Shown piece after piece: positions 13,495 to 30,153 of a DNA stretch of 64,000 bases (positions are counted from its first letter, which is position 1; each line of letters opens with the position of its first letter). The position numbers and the translations under genes were made by a program. This DNA comes from the human T2T-CHM13v2.0 reference genome, Homo sapiens: NCBI GenBank assembly GCA_009914755.4, contig CP086569.2:16832001-16896000 (forward strand), read 5' to 3'. A model generated the notes under the pieces. That model did not search any database. It worked only from the letters and a program-made list of their open reading frames with translations, and had not been told where the DNA came from.

Positions 13495-13592
13495 CTCAGA
13501 CTTGTCTCAAACTCCAGAGTTCAAGCAATCCTCCCAATTCTACCTCCCAAAGTGCTGAATTACAGGCATGAGCCATCATGCTCAGCCAGTCA
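13495..13592 (-). mobile_element. Alu left-monomer (FLAM-like) fragment
   Basis: gtctcaaactccagagttcaagcaatcctcccaattctacctcccaaagtgctgaattacaggcatgagccatcatgctcagcc. Confidence 0.6.
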
Positions 13593-14825
13593 CAGAATTT
13601 TTGCAATAATGGGTCTTCTGTTTTTGTCTTGTCCTGACATTTCTAGATTATTGCCTAGAGAGAAATTACTTCATTTTGAACCAGGTGTGCTATAATAAAT
13701 AATGCTATCTAAAAAAAATGGATAACTTTAAACTCCTTTGGATTCATAGATTGTTATAATTCCAACAGTATCACATTCTTTTCCATCTCAAAAACCTGCC
13801 TCATAACAAATGCTCCTTTTGCAGGAATATTAACACAGTATTTTTTTTCATCAAAGAATAACACAAAACAAGAAGGACAGACATGCATGTATGCTTTGGT
13901 ATCCCAGATGAAAATATATATATGGTGTATAGGAGATAATCACAGCATCAAATTGAGAAAATTATGCATCTTTAGTGACTTCACGATTTTAAGATCATAG
14001 AGACACATCTGTGGTCAATGAGGCAAAATTGACAGCTGCCTGTTCTTGTGAATAAAGTTTTGTTGAAACACTGCCAGGTTCATTCATTTACATATTGTCT
14101 GTGTCTGCTTTTTCATGATAAAGACAGAGATGAGTGGTTGTAACAGAAACTATGTTGTCTGCAAAGCCTACAATACTTCCTACTTGGTCCTTTACAGGAA
14201 ATAGTTGCAGAACTCTGATTTAGAGTATCTACTATGTGCAAATAACATAGGAAAAAGAAATCTTTTCGTGTGTTTAAAACTCAGGGCAGTAACAAAATTA
14301 TCAAAAATACTAGAAAAGGTTTCCAGAAGATAGAGAGATAATTTCCAGCAGGGTGACTTCAGAGATTAACAGGAGAAGAATGTAAATGAGGCTTCTTTCT
14401 TAAAGCAAAGTTGTGAAGCAAACATAACCGGAGAACTTGGCCCTTTTCTATTGAGCCAGTGTTTCCTGAAGGAGGTGTTCCATTTTCTTGATGAGAGCTC
14501 CTGAGGGCATGCTCATCTATGACTAATCAAATGCACATCAGTCCACTCAAGGTTCTAAGAAGGTCTGCAGAAATAAATGCAGAAATTCTCAAATGCATAA
14601 GAAGTCATGAAATAGAGGCTGGGGTATGATCTCGTAACTATGCAGAATGAAGCAATATTTTGGGAATAGGAGTGCAATATTCTGGGAGAGTTGGAACTTG
14701 AGAGAAATTCTATGTAGCCAGGAAATGAAGTTCTAGATGGATGGTTGAATGTTGGCAAAAAAAGCAGACCTCAGAAACTATTACATCCAGCTGGCTAAAT
14801 GACCCACTTAAAAAATCAATTATAT

Positions 14826-15055
14826 GGCCAGGCATGGTGGCTCAGGCCTCTAATCCCAGCACTTTTGGGAGGCTGAGGAGGGTGGATCATGAGGTCAGGA
14901 GATCGAGACCATCCTGGCTAACATGGTGAAACCCTGTCTCTACTAAAAATACAAAAAAAATTAGATGGTTGTGGTGGCGGGTACATGTAGTCCCAGCTAC
15001 TCGGGAGGCTGAAGTAGGAGAATGAAAAAAAAAATACAAAAAACAAAAAATCAAT
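14826..15055 (+). mobile_element. Alu SINE, 3'-truncated, A-rich tail
   Basis: ggccaggcatggtggctcaggcctctaatcccagcacttttgggaggctgaggagggtggatcatgaggtcaggagatcgagaccatcctggctaacatggtgaaaccctgtctctactaaaaatacaaaaaaaattag... Confidence 0.88.
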
Positions 15056-15265
15056 AGTATTCACTTCTTAAAATCTGTGCAACAATGTTGAAATACTTGC
15101 ATTGAAGGAACATATAACAGTAGTTTCTATAGCTGACAGGAAGTCAAATTAGAAAAACTTGACCATGCCTTACACAAATTTCCCTGTCTCTCTTCTCTCT
15201 AGTTACTACCCTGCCTTAAATTCTACCAAAATAATTTGAAGCTGTGAGTTGTTTTTGCATACACA

Positions 15266-15518
15266 TTTTTTTTTTTTTTTTGGATCTTGGATCACTGCAA
15301 TCTCCACTTCCTGAGTTCAATCAATTCTCCTGCCTCAGCCTCCTAAGTAGTTGAGATTACAGGTGAATGCCACCATGCCTGGCTAATTTTTGTAGTTTTA
15401 GTAGAGATGGGGGTTTCACCATGTTGGTCAGGCTGTTCTTGAACTCCTGACTTTGTGATCTGCTAGCTTCATCCTCCCAAAGTTCTGGGATTACAGGCAT
15501 GAACCACCACGCATGGCC
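15266..15518 (-). mobile_element. Alu SINE
   Basis: A poly-T lead is followed by ...gcctcagcctcctaagtagttgagattacaggtgaatgccaccatgcctggctaatttttgtagttttagtagagatgggggtttcaccatgttggtcaggctg... Confidence 0.9.
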
Positions 15519-16029
15519 TGCATAGGTCTTAAACAAATGATTATTGACCTCATACCCAAAGCCAGTTTATAATGAACAAACTTGAGGTAGACTAATTCAA
15601 CTAGGAACACAAAATTGATCCCTGTATAGATAGAAATGATTATTGGAAATTCTGGACAATAAACTAAGATTTGGAGTAAAAATGACAGGTCTAAATATTG
15701 GAAATGGTAAGTAAAAATTAGATTTATTTGCAGATACTCTGACTGCTGTAAAAGCATGATGATCTGTTTTTGAAGATTGATAGAACTGATTTGTTCTAAA
15801 ATATTTTAATACCTTTTGTATATGCCAGATATAAGTAATACAGTAAGAAATAAAAATATTTAAGTGGTCTTAAAGTAATAAAATATGGATTGTAAAATAT
15901 GTTGAGATGTACTCTCTACAGGGGACAAATTTCTATCAGCCCATATACATATACATATATACATATATGGGCTAAATTTCTGCATTAAGAAAAGCAATGT
16001 GTCTTCATTTTGTTTTATTTTTAAATTAA

Positions 16030-16700
16030 ATTTTAAGTTATGGAATACATGTGTAGGATGTGCAGGTTTGTTTCATAGGTAAACATGTGTCATGGTGGTT
16101 TGCTTCAACTGTCCTTCTGTCACCTAGGTATTCAGCCCCATATTCATTAGCGATTTATCTGGATGTTCTCCCTCCCCCAAACCCCTCTGACAGGCACCAT
16201 TGTGTATTGTTCCCCTCTATGTGTCCATGTGTTCTCATTCTTCAACTTCCACTTATAAATGAAAACATGCAGTGTTTAATTTTCTGTTCCTGTGTTAGTT
16301 TGCCAAGGATAATTGATTCCAGCTCCATCCATGTCCCTGCAAAGGACAAGATCTAGTTCCTTGTTATGGCTGCATAGTATTCCATAGTGTATATGTACCA
16401 CATCTTCTTTATCCAGTCTATATTTGATGAGCATTTGGATTGGTTCTATGTCTTTGCTATTATGAAGAATTCTGCAATGAACATACATACATGCATGTAT
16501 CTTTGTAACAGAATAATCTACATTATTTGAGTATATATCCAGTATTGGGACTGCTGCATCAAAAGGTGTTTCTGGTCCTAGGTCTTTCAGGAATCAGCAC
16601 ACTGTCTACCACAATGTTTGAACAAATTTACATTCCCACCAACAGCGTAAAATCATTCCTATTTCTCCACAGCCTTGCCAGCATCTGTTGTTTCTTGAGT
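16030..16700 (-). mobile_element. Older L1 3' portion (left half of a host L1 split by the nested L1 insertion)
   Basis: This is L1 3'UTR and ORF2-end antisense (gtaggatgtgcaggtttgtttcataggtaaacatgtgtcatgg...ccagctccatccatgtccctgcaaaggacaag...). It breaks at ...cagcatctgttgtttcttgag, and the same L1 resumes at 21683. Confidence 0.8.
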
Positions 16701-16929
16701 TTTTTTTTTTTTATATCTATATGTATATATGTACTTTAACTTCTAGGGTACATGTACACAACGTGCAGGTTTGTTACATATGTATTCCTGTGTCATGTTG
16801 GTGTGCACCCATTAACTCGTCATTTACATTAGGCATATCTCCTAATGTTATCCCTCCTCACTCCCCCGCACCCCATGACAGGCCCCAGTGTGTGATGTTC
16901 CCCTTCCTGTGTCCAAGAGTTCTCATTGT

Positions 16930-19166
<2,237 letters not shown>

Positions 19167-19709
19167 TATTATTGTGTGAGAGTCTAAGTCTCTTTGTATG
19201 TCTCTCAGGACTTCCTTTATGAATCTGGCTCCTCCTGTGTTGGGTGCATATATATTTAGGATAGTTAGCTCTTCTTGTTGAATTGATCCCTTTGCTATTA
19301 TGTAATGGCCTTCTTTGTCTCTTTTGATCTTTGTTGGTTTAAATCCTGTATTGTCAGAGACTAGGATTACAACCCCTGCCTTTTATTGTTTTCCATTTGC
19401 TTGGTAGATTTTCCTCCTTCCCTTTATTTTGAGCCTATGTGTGTCTCTGCACATGAGATGGATCTCTGGAATACAGCACACTGATGGGTCTTGACTCTTT
19501 ATCCAATTTGCCAGTCTGTGTCTTTTAATTGGAGCATTTAGCCCATTTGCAATTTGCTATGTGTGAATTTGATCCTGTCATTATGATGTTAGCTGGTTAT
19601 TTTGCTCGATAGTTGATGCAGTTTCTTCCTAGCATCAATGGTCTATACAATTTGGCATGTTTTTGTGGTGACTGGTACTGGTTTTTCCTTTCCATGTTCA
19701 GTGCTTCCT

Positions 19710-20219
19710 TCAGGAGCTCTTGTAGGGCAGGACTGGTGGTGAAAAAAATCTCTCAGCATTTGCTTGTCTGTAAGTTTTTTTTTTTTCTCCTTCACTTTTG
19801 AAGCTTAGTTTGGCTGGATATGAAATTCTGGGTTGAAAATCCTTTTCTTTAAGAATGTTGAACATTGGCCACCACTCTCTTCTAGCTTGTAGAGTTTCTG
19901 CCGAGAGATCTGCTGTTAATCTGATGGACTTCCCTTTGTGAGTAACCCGACCTTTCTCTCTTACTGCCCTTAACATTTTTTACTTCATTTCAATTTTGGT
20001 GAATCTGACAATTATGTGTCTTGGAGTTGCTCTTCTCGAGCAGTATGTTTGTGGCATTCTCTGTATTTCCTGACTTTGAATGTTGTCCTGCCTTGTTAGA
20101 TTGGGGAAGTTCTCCTGGATAATATCCTGCAGAGTGTTTTCCAACTTGGTTCCAATCTCCCTGTCACTTTCAGGTACACCAATCAGACATAGATTTGGTC
20201 TTTGCACATAGTCCCACAT
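19710..20219 (-). pseudogene. L1 ORF1 C-terminal half, interrupted by a stop codon
   Basis: MWDYVQRPNLCLIGVPESDREIGTKLENTLQDIIQENFPNLTRQ...RATPRHIIVRFTKIEMK then MLRAVREKGRVTHKGKSIRLTADLSAETLQARREWWPMFNILKEKDFQPRISYPAKLSF. Both match ORF1p. Confidence 0.85.
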
Positions 20220-21682
20220 TTCTTGGAGGCTTTATTCATTTCTTTTTACTCTTTTTTCTCTAAACTTCTCACTTCATTTCATTCATTTGATCTTCAATCA
20301 CTGCTACCCTTTTTTCCAGTTGATCAAATCTGCTACTGAAGTTTGTGCATTTGTCACATAGTTCTTTACCATGGTTTTGAGTTCCATCAGGTCATTTAAG
20401 GACTTCTCTACACTGTTTATTCTAGTTAGCCATTTGTCTCATCTTTTTTCAAGGTTTTTAGCTTCTTTGCAGAGGGTTCAAACTTCCTCTGTTAGCTTGG
20501 AGAAGTTTGATCATCTGAAGCCTTCTATCAACTCGTCAAAGTCATTCTCTGTCCAGCTTTGTTCCATTGCTGGTGAGGAGCTGCATTCCTTTGGAGAGGG
20601 AGAGGCACTCTGATTTTTAGAATTATCAGCTTTTCTGCTATGTTTTTTCTCCATGTTTATGGTTTTATCTACCTTCGGTCTTTGAGGATGGTGACGTGTG
20701 GCTGGGGTTTTTGTGTGGATGTCCTTTCTGTTTGTTAGTTTTCCTTCTAACAGTCAGGACCCTCAGCTGCAGGTCTGTTGGAGTTTGCTGGAGGTCCACT
20801 CCAGGCCCTGTTTTCCTGGGTAGCAGCAGCGGAGGCTGCAGAACAGCAAATATTTCTGAACAGCAAATGTTCCTGCCTGATCATTCCTCTGGAAGCTTCA
20901 TCTCAGAGGGGTACCCGGCTATGTGAGGTATTAGTCTGCACCTACTGAGGGATGGCCCCCAGTTAGTCTACTTGGGGGTCAGGGAGCCACTTAAGGAGGC
21001 AGTCTGATAGTTCTCAGATCTCAAACTGCATTCTGGGAGAACCAATACTCTCTTCAAATCTGTCAGACAGGGACATTTAAGTCTGCAGATGTTTCTTCTG
21101 CCTTTTATCCGGCTATGCCCTGTCCCCAGAGGTGGAGTCTACAGAGGCAGGCAGGCCCCCTTGAGCTGTGGTGGGCTCCACCAATTTCGAGCTTCCTGGC
21201 CATTTTGTTTACCTACTCAAGCTTCAGCAATGGTGGGCATCCCTCCCCCAGCCTTGCTGCTGCCTTGCGGTTTGATCTCAGACTGCTGTGCTAGCAATGA
21301 GTGAGGCTCTGTGGGCATGGGACCCTCCAAGCCATGTGCAGGATATAATCTCCTGGTGTGCCATTTTCTAAGACTGCTGGAAAACTGCAGTATTAGGGTG
21401 GTAGTGACCCAATTTTCCAGGTGCCATCTGTCACAGCTTCCCTTGGCTAGGAAAGGGAATTCCCTGACCCTTTGTGATTCCCAGGTGAAGTGATGCCTTG
21501 CCCTGATTTAGCTCACACTCGCTGGGCTGCACCCACTGTCCTGCACCCACTGTCTGACAAGGCCCCATGAGATGAACCCAGTACTTCAATTGGAAATGCA
21601 GAAATCACTGGTCTTCTGCGTCACTCATGCTAGGAGCTGTAGATTGGAGCTGTTCCTATTCAGCCATCTTGGAACCACCCTC

Positions 21683-22812
21683 TCTTTCCTGAGTTTTTAA
21701 TGATTGCAATTCTGACTGGCATGAGATGGTATCTCATTGTGGTTTTGATTTTCATTTACCTAATGATCAGTGATGTTGAGCATTTTTTCATGTACTTTTT
21801 GGCCACATAAATGTCTTCTTTTGAGAACTGTCTGTTCATGTCCTTTAATCAAATTTTAATGCAGTTGTTTGTTTTCTTCTCGTGAATTTGATTAAGTTTC
21901 TTGTAGATTCTGGATATAAGATCTTTGTCAGATGAATAGGTTGCAAAAGTTTTCTCCCATTACATAGGTTGTCTGTTCAATCTGATAATAGTTTCTTTTG
22001 TTGTGAAGAAGCTCTTTAGTTTAATTACATCCCATTTGGTCAATGTTTGCTTGGGTTGCAATTGCTTTTGAGGTTTTTATCATAAAATATTTGCCCATGC
22101 CTATGTCTTAAACAGTATTGCCTAGCTTTTTATAGTTTTGGGCTTTACATTGAGGTCTTTAATCCATCTTGATTTGATTTTTGCATAAGATATAAGGAAG
22201 CAGTCTAGTTTCAATCTTCTGCATATGACTAGTCAGTTTTCCCAGCACCATTTGCTTGTTTTTGTCAGGTTGGTTTAAAATCAATTGGTTGTAAATGTTT
22301 TGTCTTATTTCTGAGATCTCTATTCTGTTCCACTGGTCTATAAATTACTTTGGGCTGTATGACCATTACCATGATATTGATTCGTCCTACCTATGGGCAT
22401 GAAATATTTATGTCCTTTCTGATTTCCTTGTAGTTCTCCTTGAAGAGGTCCTTCACTTCCCTTGGTAGCTGTATTTCTAGATATTTTACTATTTTCTTAG
22501 CAATTGTGAATGGGAGTTCATTCATGATTTGGCTCTCTTCCTGTCTATTTTTGGTGTGTAGAAATGCTAGTCATTTTTGCACACTGATTTTGTATCCTGA
22601 GAATTTGCTGAAGTTTCTTATCAGCTTAAGAAGCTTTTTGCCTGAGACAGTGGAGTTTTCTAGATATGGGATCATGTCCTCTTCAAACAGAGACAATTTT
22701 ACCTCCTCTCTTCCTGTTTGAATAGCCTTTTTTTTTTTCTCTTGCCTGATTGACCTGGACAGAACTTCCAATACTATGTTGAATACAAGTGGCGAGGGAA
22801 GGTGTCCTTTTC
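21683..22812 (-). mobile_element. Older L1 (right half of the split host L1), ORF2 region, 5'-truncated
   Basis: It continues tttcctgagtttttaatgattgcaattctgactggcatgagatggtatctcattgtgg. Minus-strand ORF 22571-22771 reads [40 protein letters not shown]... (RT). The plus-strand ORF at 22440-22721 is the well-known L1 antisense frame. Confidence 0.8.
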
Positions 22813-22849
22813 TATGACATTAATAGACTAGATCGTCTTCCCCTCTGAG

Positions 22850-23110
22850 TCTATAGGCCAGCTAAAATATGAATATAAATAAATAATATAACAATAAATA
22901 AATATTCTATATATAACACACACACGCGTGTGCACACACACACATATATATGCATATGTATATATATGTACATGTGTATATATATGTACATATATATGTA
23001 CATATATATATGTACATATATATGTACATATATATATGTACATATATATATATCTATGTACATATATATATATATGTAGAGAGAGAGAGATTGAGAGAGA
23101 GAGAGAGAGA
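22850..23110. repeat. Complex (TATG/TACA/TATA/CA/GA)n microsatellite
   Basis: tatatgtacatatatatgtacatatatgtaca...gagagagagattgagagagagagagagag. Confidence 0.9.
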
Positions 23111-24699
23111 GACAGCCATGGGGAACTATTAAGTTTTTGTGTGGGGAAATGACATGATCCGATTTTTGTTTCAGAAAATTCTCTCTGACTCTTTAGAAAA
23201 AACTCTGACTGCAGAGACTAGAACACATTATAGCTGATGTGTCCTAGAGCCAGAAAGGCCAAAAAGGAGGAAGTGTTTGCTGTAAAGAGGAAAATTTTTT
23301 AAAAATTCTACATCCTAATTCTGAAAAATGAGGACATATGTTTTTAGTTAAATCCCTCTGATGTCCTAGGAGCCTTAAAAAGTTCAAGGAACATCTAGGA
23401 TGGCTATGGGCTCCTAGGAAATGTTCTTTCTCGATGATCTTTATATATGGAAATACATGTTTCCTTCTGCAAGTTCATGAGGGAGGCTCTATGCCAGTCT
23501 AGGGCATGTCTACGTGACTCCCAGAAGCAAGTGGTAGAACGACCCTCATTTTGAGTTCTGAAATTCCTGCTCTTGCAATCAGTGCTCGACTCAGAGGCCA
23601 GGGTATTTCTCTAAAAATATAAACCATAGCATGCTCTCTGCTGCTAAGCCTATTGATGTTTGACCAGGTCCTTGCCCACTCACTGCCTGGACAAAGGTGA
23701 ACGTTGAGACAGAGGTAAAGTAAGAATTCAATTACTGCAGGCAACTGAGCAAGGAAGAAAGGAGATATTTCTCAAAGCCACCTCCTTGAAACTTCAGAGG
23801 CTGGGGTTTTTAAGTTGATTTGGCAAGCAGAGGTATGAGGAGGAGGGTGCTGCTGATTGGTCTGAGATGAATTCAGAGGGGTGTTGACTGTCTTTATGCA
23901 CTGAATCAATTCCTGGGAAGAGAGGAAGTCACAACACTAGTCAGTTCCTTGGTTGGGTTTACAGGCCACTGGTCTGGTTGATGTCAGTTGACCAATTTGC
24001 AAGACAGGTCTAAAAATATCTCAAAGGCCAGTTTTAGGTTTACAATACCTCTTGTTACTGCAAGTTACTGTGGAAGGCAAGCTGGGAAACAGTGACAGGT
24101 TATCGTTCACTCTGCCTGGAATATAGCAGAAAAGTTTTCAGGGGTGATAGTTCCAGTAATCAAAGCTGCCTGAGACCCCTTTGGCAAGCTAAAATTCTGG
24201 AAGCTATTAAATAGTTCTGCAAGATCTAAGAATCATTGTTCTTTAAAACAAAACAAAAAAAAATGTCCATTAATCTTGCAAGCAGCCTGCCCAGGGGCTA
24301 GGACAGCAAGACAATCAATTATTGGTGACTACCATTTATTAAATTACTATGAACAATCAATCATACATGGAGGAGGAAAATATCAGAGAGAAAGGAAAAT
24401 ATGTTGCTGAAAATCATGCACCTACCATAATTTTAATTTTGTGGTCTTTTAATTCCGTGAAGGCAGTTTCAGACCTCTCCAACAATGTGCAGCTATTTGT
24501 AAAATACAATGGAAACACTTAGCCCTGGTTTATGTAACTCTATTTTTTGACCTGATTGTCTTATCCTTTACACTGTCTTTGTCCACTATAAAAGCTGACT
24601 TCAGAAACTTCATGGAAATGTTTTGTTATGAAAAAATTATGCATGGATTTACATTTTTGTTGTTTTTTTCACAAAGATAAACTCTTACTAGCTTGTAAT

Positions 24700-25620
24700 A
24701 ACATGTGTGAACAGAGTCAAGTTTGAGGCTTTAAGAAAGACAAGACATCAGTTTGAAAAGAGCCCCTATCAGAACAATATGCATTCCACTACAATTAAAG
24801 AAAGAACAAACATCAAATTTATGGTGAGGTTTGGGTGGAAGAAGGGTGAAATCATGGATGTTTTATGAAAGATTTATCAGGAAAATGCAGCAAAGAAACC
24901 AGCAGTTTACAAATGGACAACTCATTTTAAGAAGGGATAAGATAATGTTGAAGATAAAGCTTGCAGTGTAAGATCATCCACATAAATTTGAAAGGAAACA
25001 TTAATCTTGAATGTGCCCTAATTAAAAAGGACCCGATGATTAAAAACAGAAACAATAGCCAACACCATAGACATCTCAACTGACTCAGCTTACACAATTC
25101 TAACTGAAAAATTAAAGTTGAGCAAACTTTCCAGAAGATGGGTGCCAAAATTGTTGCATATGGATCAGCTGAAGACAAGAGCAGAGCTTTCCATGGAAAT
25201 TTTAAACATGTGACATTAAGTTTCTGAAGCATTTGTCTGAAGAATCATTACAGGAGAGAAAACATAGCTTTACTAGTACCATCCTGAAGGCAAAACACAA
25301 TCAGAGCAATGGCTATGAAGAGATGGAAAGGGTTCCATCAACGCAAAAATGGATGAGACAAGAACAAAGATCGTGGCAACAGTTTTTTTGAATGATCAAG
25401 GCATTTTACTTGTAGACATTTTGGAAGGACAAAGGACAATAACATCTGCTTATTATGGAAGTATTTGAGAAAATTAGCCAAAGATTTAGCAGAAAGATGC
25501 CCAAGAAAACTTCACCAGAGAGCCCTCCTCCACCACTGCAATGCTTCTATACAGAGCTCAGTCCTGCAGACCCTGACTCAGTGATGAATGAATAATGTAC
25601 ACCCATACAGATATTATGCC
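24700..25620 (+). pseudogene. Tc1/mariner-family transposase relic (Hsmar2-like?), heavily mutated
   Basis: Frame-shifted translation gives ...NIKFMVRFGWKKGEIMDVL-KIYQENAAKKPAVYKWTTHFKKG-DNVEDKACSVRSST... then ...IKVEQTFQKMGAKIVAYGSAEDKSRAFHGNF... and ...LHQRALLHHCNASI.... These correspond to the mariner N-terminal HTH region and the HHDNA/DDD catalytic block. Confidence 0.5.
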
Positions 25621-26905
25621 TGTCAGTCTGGCTGAGGGTCCAGGCTACTTACAGACTGCAAGGCGTGTGCTGTCAGCCATAGACCCCGACTTGCTGGCCT
25701 TCTGACATTTATTCAGTACACATTAAATGATGAAAGTCTCCAGTAAATACCATTAGAGGGTAATCATCCTGACCACCTTACTCACCCCTCGCTCCAAGAT
25801 TGCTATCCTGCCCACAAGTGATCAAAGGTTAGTTTTAGAACCACATGAGTAACAAGCTATTTAGATAAACTACTCTATATTCCTATGTTTATTCCCCTTG
25901 CTGTAGCTCAAAGAGGATTAGGCTGCCCTCAGCCATAACTATCGTGAAGCTTTTGCAAAACCTTTTGGCCTTCTAAGAAGGTTTGTGTTTTAATTTATAG
26001 TTTTCCCCATCATTCTGACTGAACCCCTACACTTCTACTCATTCCTCTCATGAAACGAGGGAAATTCTGTAAGAGTTTCAATGAGAAATAATTAGGCATC
26101 CATCTTACCATCTGATCTGGTTCCTTTTGACTTCTATTTTGTCAAAGGACACCGATTTTTCTTCAGTTAATTATGTAAAAAATATGACATTGACATGGGC
26201 AAATTCCAAGGGTCTCAGTTCCTTAGGGATGAACTAAAATGGCTGATATTATCACTTACAGAACTTGAACTTGATGGAGATTAAGTTGAGAAATAAAGTG
26301 TAATTTTTTAACTTTTATATTTTAATTCCATTTTTCCATGAACTTTTTGAAGTCCCCTGATATGTAACTGCAGAGGAATTCTTTATATGTATTCAACAAA
26401 TAAGCCACTTCCCACTGACAGGCCTTTACCCTGGCTGTACCTTTCACCTGGAGAGAGAACTGTCTTACCCAATTCCAGCCCTGACTTCACAAAGGATCAC
26501 ACTTGGACATGGGATATTTCTCAGGGTCTGTCTCTTCTGGTTTTCTTCTAGCCAAGTCTTAAATCTCTCCACTACATAGCATCCAGAACTATTTTTCTTT
26601 TCTATGCTTTATTTAGAAGAGTGTTCATTGTTTATTTTTTCCATTGCTACTTTCAAATCTGCCTGTGTGAGTAAACAGTGGCAAAGAAGATATCCTCTTT
26701 CCCACAGATTGTGCAACTAAGAAAGGACATCTTCATAACTACAAAATAAGTGAATGAAGGACAAGCTAGACAATTTCTCACCAGCTTCTCCATGTGGTCT
26801 TCCAAAAGAAATTATTGATAAAGTCCTGCTAACTTCCTACTTCTACTTTTTAACTCCATTTCCAAATGTAGTTTGTGATATGACTTGGGAGGCCTTGTGA
26901 TGTAA

Positions 26906-27250
<345 letters not shown>

Positions 27251-29959
27251 TTAGTGGCTGTTTTGAATACATAGATCCATAAGAGTGTTTTAGCATGAAC
27301 TCTGCAAAAGCAATATGCCATTGTCTCTCCCATTTACCTGTAAGTAAAAAAGGACAGTTCCATGTTCTTTGTGTCACTCAAAAATAGCATCTCTGGTATT
27401 GTGTGTGTTTTTTGGGAGTCTATAGATCATGATAAACAGCAGAGATGGAAAATCAACATTTGATTCCCACTTTCCCTTCCAATGGCAGCACTGTTTAGCC
27501 TGTATTCACAGAATATCTGCCTGTGAATCCTGACTGTTCTATCTCTCCCATGAGGTACACCATACAGTCTAGTCATTTCTGTCATTTGTCCTTGTAATGT
27601 GTTGAATAATCTCTCCATTCAGACAAGTCCACCCAGAACCTGTAGATGGGAACTTATATGGAAAAGGGGTCGTTACAGATGAAATTCAGTTGAAGATTTT
27701 GTGATTAGGGTGAGTCTTCAATGCCATGACTTTATAAAAGAAGAGAAGATACACAGAGGAGAAGACCACATGGAAATGGAGATACCAGCTGGAGTGATGA
27801 TGCCACAAGCAAAGGACAACTGGAATCAACAGGAGCGGAATAGGGAAAATAGATCCTTTCCCTAGAGCCTCTGGAGGGAACTTGACCCTATCTACTCCTT
27901 GATCTCAGACTTCTTGTCTCCAGAAGTGAGAGAATATTTATCTGTTGTTTATGTTACACAGCCTTTGGTAAATAGTAATGGAATCTTTAGGAAATGAATA
28001 CTGATCTGTGGTATAATTATAAATTTTACTCCATATCTCACCTCTTTTATGAACACTTACATTTGACTTTTAGTTCCAATTACTGAATAAAAGACTTGGT
28101 AATCAAGGTAGTCAAATAGAGGATGGAAATTCAGATACTGTCCTGCAAGTGAGGGAGATTTTGTTTAGAGGAGTGAGCCACTTGAAATTCCACTCCTTAG
28201 GTGAGATAATGAGTCCCCCAGAGAGCTCTCCCAGACCCCTGGGTTAATAAGCACATGTTAAAGGTGAACTATAGGTATTCCTCCTCTAACATGGGCCTTC
28301 CATGAATGAGTAGACTGTATAAGTGCCTCCGATATTGGTGGGTAGGTAGATGTTCCTAGTTCATTTTCAAACAGATAAATAAGTTTTTAAAATTAATTTT
28401 AGTAAAGGGAGAAATAACCTCTAATGGTAAATTCTAAGAGACTTATGTCTGTAATGGGTACGTCAGAAGATGCCTACATTAATTTTGTTAAATTGATGAC
28501 CTTCCAAGCCAGAGTTAAAGTATCCTAAAATGCCGAGATGAAGATAATTAAACTATGAAGTTTTGAGGAGGTATATATAACGTTCTATTTCCTAATAAGT
28601 AGGAATTAGAAGACCAAAATAAAGAATCATTTGATTTTGCATTTTTTTAGTGAAGTTATGAGAAATTAGTGTAAGAGAAGAAGTTCTCAAAGCAGTGCCC
28701 ACATTATCAAAATCAGTCTCACCTGAAACCTAGTTAGAAAAGCATATTCTCAAGTCCCACCCCAAGCAGACTTGCTAAATCAAACACTCTGGATTAGGAC
28801 CCAGAAACTTGCACTTAAACAAACTCTACTAGAGATGCAGATGCACAGCCTCTGCTAGAATAAGGCTAACATGAAACCATTTACTTTTCCAGCTCTGTGA
28901 GTAGTTTCACAGAGAATGTGACAACTATATAAAAAGATTATAATTTTTACTTTTTGGAGAGTTGAATCAGTAACCTTCAAATAGTTTCTTAAAGAGACAG
29001 ACTATTGGGAAATCTGCATTTTATTATTAAATCTTAGTGATAACAAGTTGTCAGTGAGTAAATTTAATGTGGCCAAAACCTGGCTGGGGAAAATGGCTGC
29101 AGGAGAGCCCATTGCTAATCATGTCCCCAGGGAAAACCTGGAATCAGTGCTGAGTTTTGCCAACCTGAAGGAGTTGATAGTAGCCTTGTCCCTAAATTGG
29201 CTGCACAGTCTGCTTTAGAGGAGAAATTAACATGTTCCAAAAGGATGACTTCAATTTTCATTTGGAGCCACACCCTGGGAGATGCAAAGCCATGTGTCTC
29301 TGTTGAATATACAGGTGACCTGGAGAAGGAGTGTGGGTGAACTCCAGAGAAACAGTGAAAATTTTACTCTCCCTTCTCTCTTGATTTCCAGAAAAGAATG
29401 AGACCACTATGCTCCATGTCCCCAATTTCCAAAGCTTATTTAGATTTCAAAAATGATTTGAAGACCCAGCCATGTGTGTTGCAAGAAGCCTATTGACTTT
29501 ACTACTGGTGACAGTCCTGGCCCTAGTGAAAAAGGAAGCAACACAAAATTAAGTTATCCCCTCAATAATGACAGAATTGCAATCAGAGAATGAAATTTGT
29601 TTTCTCATCTGATTATACCCAAAAGGCTACATTCAGATGAGCCATCTCTCCATTTTGCAGAAGAGAAAATCTTATAAAATGTTTATGTGAGGGTGTTGAG
29701 GGAGTTCTTTGACACAGGAGAGTCATTGGATAGCAGGAAAGCAGATGTGAAAGTTAGACTTCTGAGTAAAGTGAGAATGAAGATAAGATAGACTTGAAAC
29801 AGGATATTTCGAGAAAATTGAAATGCAAAAGTGAATCCTTTCCTTTGACTTATTTATAATAGAAAACAAAATAAAGAGAATCTTAGAAATCTTGAATATT
29901 CACATTTAGTTTAAGTAAATAATAAAATATTTTCCAGAAACTTGTAAATAACATAGAAA

Positions 29960-30071
29960 CATAACATAGCATTTTCTCTCTGTCTTTCTCTCTCTGTATC
30001 CCTGTCTCTCTGTTTCTCTCTGTATTTCTATCTCTCTTTCTCTAACACACACCTGTCCATTTAATATAGGT

Positions 30072-30133
<62 letters not shown>

Positions 30134-30153
30134 GAAGGAAGGAAGAAAGAAAG
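29960..30153. repeat. (CT)-rich low-complexity tract at 29960-30060 and (GAAA)n tetranucleotide array at 30072-30153
   Basis: tctctctgtctttctctctctgtatccc... then (gaaa)n degenerating to (ggaa)n. Confidence 0.92.
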
